Under the pieces are notes generated by a model. It searched no databases. It worked only from the letters and a program-made list of their open reading frames with translations, and had not been told where the DNA came from. Made by a program: the position numbers and the translations under genes. Shown piece after piece: positions 50,415 to 60,538 of a DNA stretch of 64,000 nucleotides. This DNA comes from a virus: positions 15,571-79,570 of IMG/VR virus record IMGVR_UViG_3300006925_000010, one strand, 5' to 3'. Numbering within the stretch: position 1 is the stretch's first letter; the number at the start of each line of letters is the position of its first letter.

Positions 50415-51397
50415 TTGAAATAAAAGCACCTGAGAAATACCTTAGTGTAACCTGGCAGGTGAATAACTTTTGTAACTTCAGTTGCACATACTGTAATCCT
50501 GGAAACTGGATTGGAGATAGTCCTAACGAAGGTAACACAGAAAAGTATATTGCTAACTTAGATAAAATTATTGAGAAATATAAAGCAAGAGATTATAAAC
50601 ACTTTAAGTTTTTCTTTAGTGGCGGAGAACCTACAGCATGGAAAAACTTTATACCAATATGTGAACATCTAAAAACAGTATTGCCCGATTGTACTATTGC
50701 TGTTAACACAAACCTTAGCAGACCTAAAGCATGGTGGGAGAAACATTTACATTTGTTTGATGATGTTGTTGCTAGTTTTCATGTAGAGCAATCTAAGAAA
50801 GAACAGTATGCAGAGACAAGCATATACTTATGTGATAAACTAAACTATATGAGCTCTAAGATACTATTGCACGATGAAAGGTTTTGGGAATGTGTGGCAT
50901 TTGGCGAGCACCTTAAAAAAGTTATGCCTAATTATTTTATTGAGTGGACACCACTGTACGATGAGCTAAGTGCTAATGCTGGACCATGGGAATACAAAGA
51001 TCCAAAGAAAACAGAATTTATAGAACAACACTCTATAGAACAAGAAGAGACTATTGAGAATCCTAATAAACGTGAGAGTGGTACTGCTAGTTATACCGTA
51101 AGAGAAGATGGTGACGAACAGGTATGCACCAGTAACAATGTAATTGTTAATAGAGAAAACTTCTTTACAGGCTGGAATTGTGATATAGGCGATTGTGTGT
51201 TTATATCTCCAGTGGGCGAAGTAAGTTTAGCAAGTTGCGGACTAAGTGGAGTAGTAGGACACATACTCGACGATATAAGCAAAGTTGGACCTAAAACAAT
51301 TACTTGTACTAAGTTTCATTGCATGTGTGGTACAGATATTATTATTCCTAAGAGGTACAATGCAGAAGCGGAGGTAATAGCAGTTGGCACTGATTAA
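50396..51397 (+). CDS. Radical SAM enzyme with C-terminal Cys-rich (SPASM/twitch-like) domain
   Basis: CNFSCTYC, FSGGEPT, NTN, ASFH; C-terminal FTGWNCDIG...ASC...CTKFHCMCGTD. Confidence 0.92.
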   Translation: MVSKKLVEIKAPEKYLSVTWQVNNFCNFSCTYCNPGNWIGDSPNEGNTEKYIANLDKIIEKYKARDYKHFKFFFSGGEPTAWKNFIPICEHLKTVLPDCTIAVNTNLSRPKAWWEKHLHLFDDVVASFHVEQSKKEQYAETSIYLCDKLNYMSSKILLHDERFWECVAFGEHLKKVMPNYFIEWTPLYDELSANAGPWEYKDPKKTEFIEQHSIEQEETIENPNKRESGTASYTVREDGDEQVCTSNNVIVNRENFFTGWNCDIGDCVFISPVGEVSLASCGLSGVVGHILDDISKVGPKTITCTKFHCMCGTDIIIPKRYNAEAEVIAVGTD

Positions 51398-52616
51398 TAA
51401 ACAAAGTGGCGACACTATTAGATTTTATGACGTAGAGCAAGATGCATTCACAGGCAAGGTTAAAAAACTTTGGCACGAAGATCATGCTACCCCGATGATA
51501 ACATTTATGCACAACTGGAACGAAGATGATTTAGATTACTTTGTATTCGAGTTTCGCAAAGGGCCTGCATTAGGCCTAGTACCGCTAGAAGAGATACTAA
51601 CAGAAGAACAACTAATCGATTTAAAGCAACCTAACGGCAAGTTACACTTAGTAGCATCAAATAGTCACGAAGCCTTTCTAAGTTGCATACAAGACGTTTA
51701 CAGCGGTCTAGTGGACCGTTATAACATACCTGCACATAAAATAATTTTAATGACAGGTGCCTTTGAAGCAGGCAGAGTAAACGAAGAAATAATTGCTACT
51801 AGAGATAACCAGGATTCAATCAAAATAAAGATTATAGTTGACTTTGAGAAAGGCGCACAGAACCAATTAGAATATTTAGTAGGACATTGTAAACAAAAAT
51901 TTGCACCCACACTACAAGATAAAGAATACAAAAAATCATTTTTAAACTTTAATAGAAGATGGCGTAATCATAGACCGTTGTTTATTGCTATGTTAAAAAT
52001 GGAAGGCTTACTAGACAATGGACTAATAAGTTTTGGGCCTAGTGACGATGGCAGAGGATGGGGCGAAGCACACCCTACACTAGTAAACATGCTTAGAGGT
52101 CTTGGGCACAAAGAGTTTGCACGACAACTAGATAACATGAAAAAAGAATTAGAAAGTATGCCGCCTATGTACTTAGATCATAAAGAACTAGTTACAAACA
52201 GAGCAGAGTTTATTGCTGACGACGATTGGATGTATGCTGAAACATACTTCAGTTTAGTAAGCGAAACTCATTACTTTGAACAAGATGACGAGCATGGAAT
52301 ATTCTTTAGTGAAAAAATATTTAAGCCAATTAGTTTTAGACATCCGTTTTTATTAATAGCACCACATGGTAGTTTAGCCGCATTAAAAAGCATAGGCTAT
52401 AAAACATTTGAACCTTACATTGACGAAAGTTATGACAAAGAACAACACGATGTTAAACGTATGAAAAAAATTATAGCAGAGACTAAAAGGCTAGATGCAT
52501 TGCAAGGAAACGAATTAAGCGACTGGATAAAGGGCGTATCTAAAATATGTGAGGACAACTATAACATCTTGCGTAACAAGTCTGAATATCAATTTGCACA
52601 CAGAGTAAACTACTAA
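51384..52616 (+). CDS. Putative glycosyltransferase (GT-B/GT10-like C-terminal motif)
   Basis: TTG start with GGAGG RBS; FLNFNRRWRNHR, YFSLVSET...FFSEKIFKPI...HPF...GYKTF..IDESYD. Confidence 0.55.
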   Translation: MALINKQSGDTIRFYDVEQDAFTGKVKKLWHEDHATPMITFMHNWNEDDLDYFVFEFRKGPALGLVPLEEILTEEQLIDLKQPNGKLHLVASNSHEAFLSCIQDVYSGLVDRYNIPAHKIILMTGAFEAGRVNEEIIATRDNQDSIKIKIIVDFEKGAQNQLEYLVGHCKQKFAPTLQDKEYKKSFLNFNRRWRNHRPLFIAMLKMEGLLDNGLISFGPSDDGRGWGEAHPTLVNMLRGLGHKEFARQLDNMKKELESMPPMYLDHKELVTNRAEFIADDDWMYAETYFSLVSETHYFEQDDEHGIFFSEKIFKPISFRHPFLLIAPHGSLAALKSIGYKTFEPYIDESYDKEQHDVKRMKKIIAETKRLDALQGNELSDWIKGVSKICEDNYNILRNKSEYQFAHRVNY

Positions 52617-54121
52617 TGTCTCAAAAGAATTCAAAAGAAACAAGCAAGTCAGTAAACACACTGGATGTTGTACACACAGAAGTGTACAGCAGTCTAGCAT
52701 ATCATAATTTTCCTGAAGGTAGTATAGTTCATCCGAACATTATGAAAGCAACCATAGATGACATACCTCGTATTAGAACATGGCAAGAATTTAGAAGATG
52801 GAACGAACATGAGGATTTAGAAGCACCATGTTTGTTTTACCAAGCCAACGGTGAGATAAAACAATTACTAGATTTAAAGTTTAGCGAAGAGACTGTAGCA
52901 CTATGTAACGAAAAAGGATTGCACATATTTTTATACGAACCTCTTTGTTTATATTATGAAGACGACCCTATTGCAGGGTATTGGCTTAATGTACACAACT
53001 ATGGCTTCTACACAGAATTCCCTAGAGAAAATGTAAACGGCGACGATTCATACAACAGAATTAGAGCAACAGAATTAGATTCTATCGGATACTTCTTAGG
53101 ACAAAACAAATTGTACAATGTAATTGTACACACAGGCGACTATAATGTTGAGAAGGCATGTAGTGCCTACACTGGGCAAATGAAATTACTATGTGATGAT
53201 CCATTTTTAAACGAGCTGATAATTTACGACAACGCAGACACTACTATTAAACGCAAGTTTACCAAACACTTTGTTTGTACTTGTTGGAGATTTACAAGCA
53301 TACGAGCAATACTGTGTGCAATACTAAAGCAGTATGAGACACGTGGTGTAGACAGTAACCTCATCTGGTTCTTTGATACACCGGTGGAACATTTACTAAG
53401 TACTCCGTGGATGAACGTCAACGGCATAGGCGGTGAGGAGCCTTGTAGAGAACCAAAGTTCTTGTTTAATATGAAACAAGGAATAGAAATGCTTAACAAG
53501 GAAGCACCTATAACGTATGATGTTAAAGCAAGTAGCAGTACTCATGTGTTTGAATGTGCCGGTCACCATTATCCAACTAACACAGATTTTGATAATATTG
53601 GTAACCCTGTTGTAGTTAATCCTACACACTTACCACTAGAACCTATTTACAGAGAAGTGTTTGTAGATGTATGCATTGAAAGTAGATATGGTCAGCCAAC
53701 AGGTAACATATCAGAAAAAGTTTTACAAGCAATACAATTTAAGACACCGTTCATACTAGTAGCACCACCGTACACATTAAAATATATGCACGAGTTAGGT
53801 TATAAGTCGTTTGGAGATTTCTGGGATGAAGGTTACGATCTAGAAGAAGATCATTTAGTTAGAACAGAAAAGATTGTAGAAATAATGGATTACATATCCG
53901 GACTGAGTTTAGATGAGTGTCATGCATTATATTTAAAGATGTGGCCTATACTACAGTATAACTATAGAGTACTTGCTGAACGCAGTAGACTTGGCAGAAT
54001 AACACACATCGACAAAGACACCATGCCTCAAACAATAGATGCAGTTGCATGGGCACAACCCGAAGGCGAGACCTTACAAGAAAAACTGAATAATAACAAA
54101 GAGAGACATAGAGACTTTTAA
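52616..54121 (+). CDS. Putative glycosyltransferase (GT-B/GT10-like C-terminal motif), divergent paralogue
   Basis: FVDVCIES...ISEKVLQAI...PFILV...GYKSF..FWDEGYD. Confidence 0.5.
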   Translation: MSQKNSKETSKSVNTLDVVHTEVYSSLAYHNFPEGSIVHPNIMKATIDDIPRIRTWQEFRRWNEHEDLEAPCLFYQANGEIKQLLDLKFSEETVALCNEKGLHIFLYEPLCLYYEDDPIAGYWLNVHNYGFYTEFPRENVNGDDSYNRIRATELDSIGYFLGQNKLYNVIVHTGDYNVEKACSAYTGQMKLLCDDPFLNELIIYDNADTTIKRKFTKHFVCTCWRFTSIRAILCAILKQYETRGVDSNLIWFFDTPVEHLLSTPWMNVNGIGGEEPCREPKFLFNMKQGIEMLNKEAPITYDVKASSSTHVFECAGHHYPTNTDFDNIGNPVVVNPTHLPLEPIYREVFVDVCIESRYGQPTGNISEKVLQAIQFKTPFILVAPPYTLKYMHELGYKSFGDFWDEGYDLEEDHLVRTEKIVEIMDYISGLSLDECHALYLKMWPILQYNYRVLAERSRLGRITHIDKDTMPQTIDAVAWAQPEGETLQEKLNNNKERHRDF

Positions 54122-54930
54122 TGTACTACAATAATTCAAACATTGCTGATATAGACTTGTCTAAGTATGACAGGTTAGTAACACTTGGTTGTAGTTTTAC
54201 TAGATACCGATGGGCAACATGGGCCGACTTACTTGCACAAGATATGCCAAACGCAGAATATACAAACTTAGGCAAATGCGGTGCTGGTAATAGTTATATA
54301 CAAACTATGCTTAGTCAAGCAAAAAGAAGAATGTCATTAACTAACAAAGACTTAGTTGTTATTTGTTGGAGTACATTTTATAGAGAAGACAAATGGATTA
54401 AAGGTCAATGGCGTACACCAGGTAACGTGTTTGGCAGAAGTGATGTATTCTCTGATGAATACTTTAAACAACACGTTGATGTTCAAGGAATGACTATGAG
54501 GGATTGTGCTATTATTGATACTGTAACACAATCCTTGAAACAAGAATCGTTTGATAGTGTAGGCTTAATGGGTCTAGGACTAAACGGTCAGGGATACTAT
54601 GCAGGATTCTCTGACGAAGAAACACATAGCATACAGAATATGTACAACGACTTAGACATTGTAACGCCGTGTTTATGGACTTATAACGAATGCAAATGGC
54701 CAGTACATTACACATATAAAAGTTCACATGACGGCAGTGACTTTGAAGACTACCACCCTAGCAGTCCTATATACAGAGACTGGTTAGTACACATAGGCTT
54801 TCCAATGGGAGACGAAAGTAAAAAATATGCAGACTTTAGTCATGACATCATGACACAAACAACATTACAGGAAGTATTCGATGATCCGCAGTGGCCATGG
54901 AACGAACACGGTGAACAATGGACAATATAG
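54121..54930 (+). CDS. SGNH/GDSL-like acyl-esterase or acyltransferase
   Basis: Block I LGCSFT, NLGKCGAGN, block V DYHP. Confidence 0.7.
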   Translation: MYYNNSNIADIDLSKYDRLVTLGCSFTRYRWATWADLLAQDMPNAEYTNLGKCGAGNSYIQTMLSQAKRRMSLTNKDLVVICWSTFYREDKWIKGQWRTPGNVFGRSDVFSDEYFKQHVDVQGMTMRDCAIIDTVTQSLKQESFDSVGLMGLGLNGQGYYAGFSDEETHSIQNMYNDLDIVTPCLWTYNECKWPVHYTYKSSHDGSDFEDYHPSSPIYRDWLVHIGFPMGDESKKYADFSHDIMTQTTLQEVFDDPQWPWNEHGEQWTI

Positions 54931-56567
54931 ATAAATTTGATCAAGCAGGATTTATACTTGCACATAGTAAAGAGATTTGTTATGCAGGAAAAGATATTGC
55001 GAACCTTAAAAAACTAAATGCTCGTTTACATGCACAACTTGTAGGCAGAGGTGCAGTATTTACGCAACTGACAGATTATAATAAAACTAGAGACATGGCT
55101 TCTATGTACGGACCAGATGTTGTGCTATTGCTAGAGCAAGATGCACCAGAAGGATACAATACTAGCAGTTGGTCGACGTTGTTTATAGTACCAGAATACA
55201 GTAAGTCAAGAGATCATAAGCCGTGGAGAGATCAGAATAATAGAGATTGCGAAACATTCTTTTGGAATGAAGACGGCGACTCTGCTTGGTGGCTTTCTAT
55301 GCCATTGCAAGGAGCACCAGCAAAATATTTAAAGCCTTGGAGTGAAAATGCTGATAAACTGTTCCAACACCAGATATTAGGAATACACCCTGATCTTGCT
55401 ATACACTGGGATAGAATATTCCCAATGTACTTTGGTGCTGATTCTCAATATGCTCCATATAGATTACCGTTCTTAGAATTATTACATGCAATTAAAAAAG
55501 CAATAGAAAAAGGTAAAGACAAATTTATATTTTCAAATGCCGACGAAGCATTACAACCACATAGCATAGGAACAGCACATAGATTAATAAGAGCACTGAA
55601 CTTCATGCCTAAGAGTAGTTTCTTTATGTTAACAGCGGCACTTGATGGCACTGACAGTTATAATAAACTATGCGGAATCATGGGTATTGAACCTATGATG
55701 CAAATTATTAGTGGACATAGATTTGAAAATGTAGTTAAAGATAGTATGTATATGGACTACCCAAGTAGATCGCAAGACTTTACAGAACACCCAGTATGGA
55801 AGGACAGAGAGTATCATATAGGTAAACGAAACAAGAAACTATTGTGCTTTAACAGAATGCCTAGATGGCAACGTGCCAGGATGGTTGGATTCTTGTTTGA
55901 ACACGATCTTGTTAAAGATAGTTTTGTAAGTTTTGATTTATCTAACCATGCAGAAGGATTCTCAAATAAAGATGCTTGGTTACTTGAAAATAATAATCAG
56001 TTAGACAAAGAATTGAAGCAAGAACCTTATATGCACAATATCTATAAAAATTGGAGCAGACTCCCACTAGTGCTAAATAGAACAGTAGAAAGAGATAATC
56101 CTGTGGATATCAACGATGATGATTTACAGTATTTTGATAATAGTTATTTTAGTGTTGTAAATGAGACTAATTTCTATCATTGTTTAGGTAACGTAAGTAC
56201 TAAACCTATAAGTTGTGTACATACCGACGGTGTGTTTATAAGTGAGAAACTATATAAACCAATTGCACACAGGCATCCTTTCGTAGTAGCAGGTATTAAT
56301 AGAACACTAGAATACTTGCGTAAAGCAGGATATAAAACATTTGATGGAATTATAAATGAAGAATATGATCAAATCAGAGACGACGAATTAAGATTACAAG
56401 CATTAGAGGAAGAAGTATTACGTTTAGCAAATTTAACAGATGACGAATGGTTAGATCTACAAGTGCAACTAAAGCCTATAATAGATCACAACTATAAACA
56501 TTTGTTATCAATCAAGAAACTAAATACCACCGACTACGATTTAGTCGGGGAATATTTTAAAGGATAA
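54918..56567 (+). CDS. Putative glycosyltransferase (GT-B/GT10-like C-terminal motif)
   Basis: LLCFNRMPRWQR, YFSVVNET...FISEKLYKPIAHRHPF...GYKTF..IINEEYD; paralogue of 51384. Confidence 0.55.
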   Translation: MDNIDKFDQAGFILAHSKEICYAGKDIANLKKLNARLHAQLVGRGAVFTQLTDYNKTRDMASMYGPDVVLLLEQDAPEGYNTSSWSTLFIVPEYSKSRDHKPWRDQNNRDCETFFWNEDGDSAWWLSMPLQGAPAKYLKPWSENADKLFQHQILGIHPDLAIHWDRIFPMYFGADSQYAPYRLPFLELLHAIKKAIEKGKDKFIFSNADEALQPHSIGTAHRLIRALNFMPKSSFFMLTAALDGTDSYNKLCGIMGIEPMMQIISGHRFENVVKDSMYMDYPSRSQDFTEHPVWKDREYHIGKRNKKLLCFNRMPRWQRARMVGFLFEHDLVKDSFVSFDLSNHAEGFSNKDAWLLENNNQLDKELKQEPYMHNIYKNWSRLPLVLNRTVERDNPVDINDDDLQYFDNSYFSVVNETNFYHCLGNVSTKPISCVHTDGVFISEKLYKPIAHRHPFVVAGINRTLEYLRKAGYKTFDGIINEEYDQIRDDELRLQALEEEVLRLANLTDDEWLDLQVQLKPIIDHNYKHLLSIKKLNTTDYDLVGEYFKG

Positions 56568-56568
56568 C

Positions 56569-58857
56569 ATGGTAGACAAACATAAGAAACATTTAGACTT
56601 TAACCTCACAAACATAGCAGTGGATGAGGCAGACGAAGGTAGGTATATAAGACCAGAGCTCAGTGTAGAAGACGCAAGACATCAGCAGATGATGAATACT
56701 ATTGCGCCTTTTGCCAAGAAAGTACAACAAAAGAATACTAAGTCTGTTTATGTAGATTACAAAACTCGTAGTACAAAACTAATGCTAGTTTTATGTCCCG
56801 AATGGGCACCTGAGTTTCCTCCATTTAACTTAGCAAGACTAAGCGGAGTATGTAAAGCCGCAGGATACGAAACAAGTATACTAGACTTAAATGTTAAAGC
56901 ATATAACCTCAATCAAAACGATTGGCAACCTCTCAAGAAGATTCCTTTTAGGTTATGGGATCCTAGTGCTAGTTGGCACTGGCTTGGTGACACATACATG
57001 CATGACATTCACCCATTACTAGAACCATTACTGGAAGAAGGATTAGAACATATTATAAAAGAGAATCCTGATGTAGTAGGATTTAGTCAATACTATATTT
57101 CCGAAGAACCAACTAAGTGGATGTGTGAACAACTTAAAGAAAGAGCACCGCACATCAAAATTGCTGTAGGCGGAAGTAACGTACAGAAAGATTGGTTTGA
57201 CATTAGACCTTACTATGATTATATATGTACCGGAGAAGGCGAAGCGGCTATTCTAAGCATACTACAAGACATAGAAGACGGCATAGACCGAGGGCCTATG
57301 TATAAGATTACACAAGAAGAAATGGAACGTATCAATATTAATGATATGCCAATGCCTGACTATGAGGGATTAGACTTTAACGAATACAAAGTACCTAATG
57401 GAGTAACCTCAGAGTTCTCACGTGGTTGTACTGCTAAGTGTACGTTCTGTGAAGAGACACACTTTTGGAAGTACAGACAAAGACTTGCAGTAGATGTATT
57501 ACGTGAAGCAGAGTACTTGTACTATGAGAAAGGTGCAGACGTTATGTGGTTTATCGATAGTTTGATTAATGGTAACGTTAACGAACTCAGAGCATTTGCT
57601 ATTGCACTTAGAGAAAAGAATATTAAAATGAGATGGACTGGTTATGCTCGTTGCGATGGTAGAATGGACGATGACTACTTTAAAGACTTAGCAGAAGGTG
57701 GTTGCATTATGATGAACTATGGCTGTGAGTCTGGTTCACAAAAAGTATTAGACGACATGGCTAAAGGTGTTACTATCAAAGAGATGGAAGACAACTTTGC
57801 TTCAGGCAAGAAGCACGGAGTATATGCCGCCACTAACTGGATTGTAGGTTTCCCCACAGAACAACATCACGACTTTGCAAGAACAATGACTTTCCTTTGG
57901 CGTAACAGAAACATGAATATTAATAACGTCGGCGCTGGTGTAGGTATGGCAGTAGGACCTGAAACTATTGTAGGACAGAATCCACACAAGTATAATGTAA
58001 GTTATCACAAATATCAAAACCATTGGATAGCAAATGACTTTACTATTGCAGGCATTCACGTTATGCATAGAGTTAAACTGTTCCACACGTTCTTAGACTT
58101 TATGGTAGGTTGTACAGATGTACCGTTTGGTTACCCTGTACGTTTTAACTTACGCAAAGAACACTATATGATTAGACTTAATCAAACTGATGTACAGCAC
58201 GAAATCGAGTATGAGGACTTTGACTACAACATAATTAAGCCAAACATTTCTCCTTTTGCAGATAGTTTAGTAAATGAGATATGGCCATTCTTAAGAATGA
58301 TGTGGTTAACAAGAGGTGGCTACAGATGTACTGTAGAATTTAATCCGGATATAGATGCAAGAGAATTTGGTAATCAGTTTGGTCCAGCAGATCAGTTTAA
58401 TGGCTTATACAAGTTTGTTATTGATGATGACGGTAACTGGAAAGCAAACTTCAAGTACGATTACAAACAAGTAGACAATCCATATGATGATAGACCTCCT
58501 GTAAGTGAAGGCGGACGTAAAGGTCCGTTCTATGCACAGGACTACTCACGTATGCAATCTAACACAGCCAAAAGAGCAAGAAAACTTGCTAAGCCTGACT
58601 GGGATAGACTAGAAGGTAGAAGCCAATCAGACTTTGGTGATTTGCTAGACGAAGAAGAATTTTTAAACAAGACCATAGACTGGAGTTTTGATTACACATA
58701 CAAAGGCAAAGGACAATGGTTTAGAAACAAAGACACAGTAGAAGTACCAGACACAATTGGCGCAGGTGTTAACGAAGACAACAAGCATTTAGCACAATCA
58801 TCTAACTTCACAGCCATTGATGCCGATATGATTACTGTTAAGACAGTAGAGGAATAA
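56569..58857 (+). CDS. Cobalamin-binding radical SAM enzyme (class B methyltransferase-like)
   Basis: B12-binding domain (PPFNLARL...G....LDLN; PDVVGFS; VGG; GEGE), then SRGCTAKCTFC, GCESGSQKVL..M.KG, IVGFP.E. Confidence 0.92.
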   Translation: MVDKHKKHLDFNLTNIAVDEADEGRYIRPELSVEDARHQQMMNTIAPFAKKVQQKNTKSVYVDYKTRSTKLMLVLCPEWAPEFPPFNLARLSGVCKAAGYETSILDLNVKAYNLNQNDWQPLKKIPFRLWDPSASWHWLGDTYMHDIHPLLEPLLEEGLEHIIKENPDVVGFSQYYISEEPTKWMCEQLKERAPHIKIAVGGSNVQKDWFDIRPYYDYICTGEGEAAILSILQDIEDGIDRGPMYKITQEEMERININDMPMPDYEGLDFNEYKVPNGVTSEFSRGCTAKCTFCEETHFWKYRQRLAVDVLREAEYLYYEKGADVMWFIDSLINGNVNELRAFAIALREKNIKMRWTGYARCDGRMDDDYFKDLAEGGCIMMNYGCESGSQKVLDDMAKGVTIKEMEDNFASGKKHGVYAATNWIVGFPTEQHHDFARTMTFLWRNRNMNINNVGAGVGMAVGPETIVGQNPHKYNVSYHKYQNHWIANDFTIAGIHVMHRVKLFHTFLDFMVGCTDVPFGYPVRFNLRKEHYMIRLNQTDVQHEIEYEDFDYNIIKPNISPFADSLVNEIWPFLRMMWLTRGGYRCTVEFNPDIDAREFGNQFGPADQFNGLYKFVIDDDGNWKANFKYDYKQVDNPYDDRPPVSEGGRKGPFYAQDYSRMQSNTAKRARKLAKPDWDRLEGRSQSDFGDLLDEEEFLNKTIDWSFDYTYKGKGQWFRNKDTVEVPDTIGAGVNEDNKHLAQSSNFTAIDADMITVKTVEE

Positions 58858-59609
58858 TGTATTTGTACAATCTCGGAGATAGTTGGGCATGGGGTTTCGA
58901 CGATTCGTTTACTATTCCTTTTAAACGTACTTACGCAGATATAGTTGCAGAGAACTTTGGCTTAAAGAAAGTTACATGTTGCAAACCTGGTTGGGCACTA
59001 GGTAATGCTATAGAAGAATTTTTGCAGAAAGTTTATCATAAGTTAACAGCAGATGATTGTGTATTAGTAACAGTACCACCAGACACTAGAATATGTGTTG
59101 CTCATTACAAACAGTCTAGTCCATACGATACTCATGATCATAGAAGAACTCAAACAGTTTACTCAGACCAACCGTTATGGGAGGCTTTAGTAGAAACTAC
59201 AGGTTTCAATACATATCAGTTTGAACTAACACAAAACAAAGACTTAATGCTGATAGCATCTTTGTGCAAACTAAAAAATGTAAAGTATGCATTCCAACAT
59301 AACTATAGCAGTTTTACATACGATCCTTCCTGGAGAGACACTTTACTAACAGACGGCTTTGTGGATACTAATAACAGTATGACAGAGTGGTTAGGCATTG
59401 ACGCAACAGCATACCAAGGCAACAGCATTGACGACCAATTAAAAAGACGTATAGATGGTCCAAAAATAAATAAGAATAAACAGAAATATTTAACAGACAG
59501 TTTTCACCCTAACTTACTAGGACACGAAGTAATAGGGCAGAGACTTACACAGGAACTAACAGACAAATGGAATATGCAACCAACGAATGGGATAAACTAC
59601 AGCAAGTAA
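58857..59609 (+). CDS. SGNH/GDSL-like acyl-esterase or acyltransferase
   Basis: LGDSWAWG and DSFHPNLLGH. Confidence 0.75.
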   Translation: MYLYNLGDSWAWGFDDSFTIPFKRTYADIVAENFGLKKVTCCKPGWALGNAIEEFLQKVYHKLTADDCVLVTVPPDTRICVAHYKQSSPYDTHDHRRTQTVYSDQPLWEALVETTGFNTYQFELTQNKDLMLIASLCKLKNVKYAFQHNYSSFTYDPSWRDTLLTDGFVDTNNSMTEWLGIDATAYQGNSIDDQLKRRIDGPKINKNKQKYLTDSFHPNLLGHEVIGQRLTQELTDKWNMQPTNGINYSK

Positions 59610-60538
59610 TAGTAGGTACGGCAAGAGGTGCCAGGATACCTGACTTTGATCTTTCTATGAGGCTGGTTAACTATGCTGACGTTCCAGACGAAACAACTAT
59701 ACACACAGGACCTTATCCAGAGCAAGTAACACAAGAAGCAGACGAAGACTTAGAAACATTTGTAAAGTTTTTAGAAGGAGAAAGTGTTGATGTGTTACGT
59801 CCTATTAACAATGCTAGTATTCCTGTACACTACTACGACTATTGTCCAAGAGACATAGTGTTCTTACATGGTGAACATGCTATAGCAACACCGCAACCTA
59901 TTCGTGCAAGAAACCAAAACTATCAATCCATAGCACATCACTTGCCTGGCATTGTAGAGGCGCCTAGGTATTACGAAGACGATTTATATAACAAAGCATG
60001 TTTAGGTGATCCAGATACTCTAGCACTAACAGAAGTAGCACCTAGTTTTGATGCGGCTAACTGTATTCGTGCTAATGATGATATACTGTACTTGGTAAGT
60101 AACTCAGGCAACGTAGCAGGAGCAAACTGGTTAAGAGAACACACAGGCTTAAACGTACACTTACTAGAGGGTGTGTATTCATACATGCACATAGACTCAA
60201 CAGTTGCTTTCTTACGAGAAGGCTTGATGTTGCTTAACCCTACAAGAATCAAAGACGTTAGTGTGCTACCTGAACCATTTAGAAGTTGGGATTACATAAT
60301 GTGTCCAGAACCTACAGACATAGGTTACTTTGGAGACTATAACAATGCTAGTGTGTGGATTAACATGAACATGTTAAGTATATCACCTACACTGGTAGCA
60401 CTAGAAGAGAATCAACATTCTCTGAGAATAGAATTAGAAAAGCACGGCATCGACTGTGCTATGTTACCTACTAGGCATCAAAGAACACTTGGCGGCGGAT
60501 TCCATTGTGTAACAGCAGACACAAGGAGACAAGCATGA
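59567..60538 (+). CDS. Amidinotransferase (glycine / inosamine-phosphate amidinotransferase family)
   Basis: NEWDKLQQVIVG, YCPRD, FDAAN, HIDST, GGGFHCVT with the Asp-His-Cys catalytic residues intact. Confidence 0.92.
   Translation: MEYATNEWDKLQQVIVGTARGARIPDFDLSMRLVNYADVPDETTIHTGPYPEQVTQEADEDLETFVKFLEGESVDVLRPINNASIPVHYYDYCPRDIVFLHGEHAIATPQPIRARNQNYQSIAHHLPGIVEAPRYYEDDLYNKACLGDPDTLALTEVAPSFDAANCIRANDDILYLVSNSGNVAGANWLREHTGLNVHLLEGVYSYMHIDSTVAFLREGLMLLNPTRIKDVSVLPEPFRSWDYIMCPEPTDIGYFGDYNNASVWINMNMLSISPTLVALEENQHSLRIELEKHGIDCAMLPTRHQRTLGGGFHCVTADTRRQA

Noticed and set aside
45166-51397. RiPP cluster interpretation of the rSAM array
   Set aside because: No clear leader-core precursor, RRE/PqqD domain, peptidase or exporter, and the neighbours are sugar enzymes. 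Kept only as a minor alternative.
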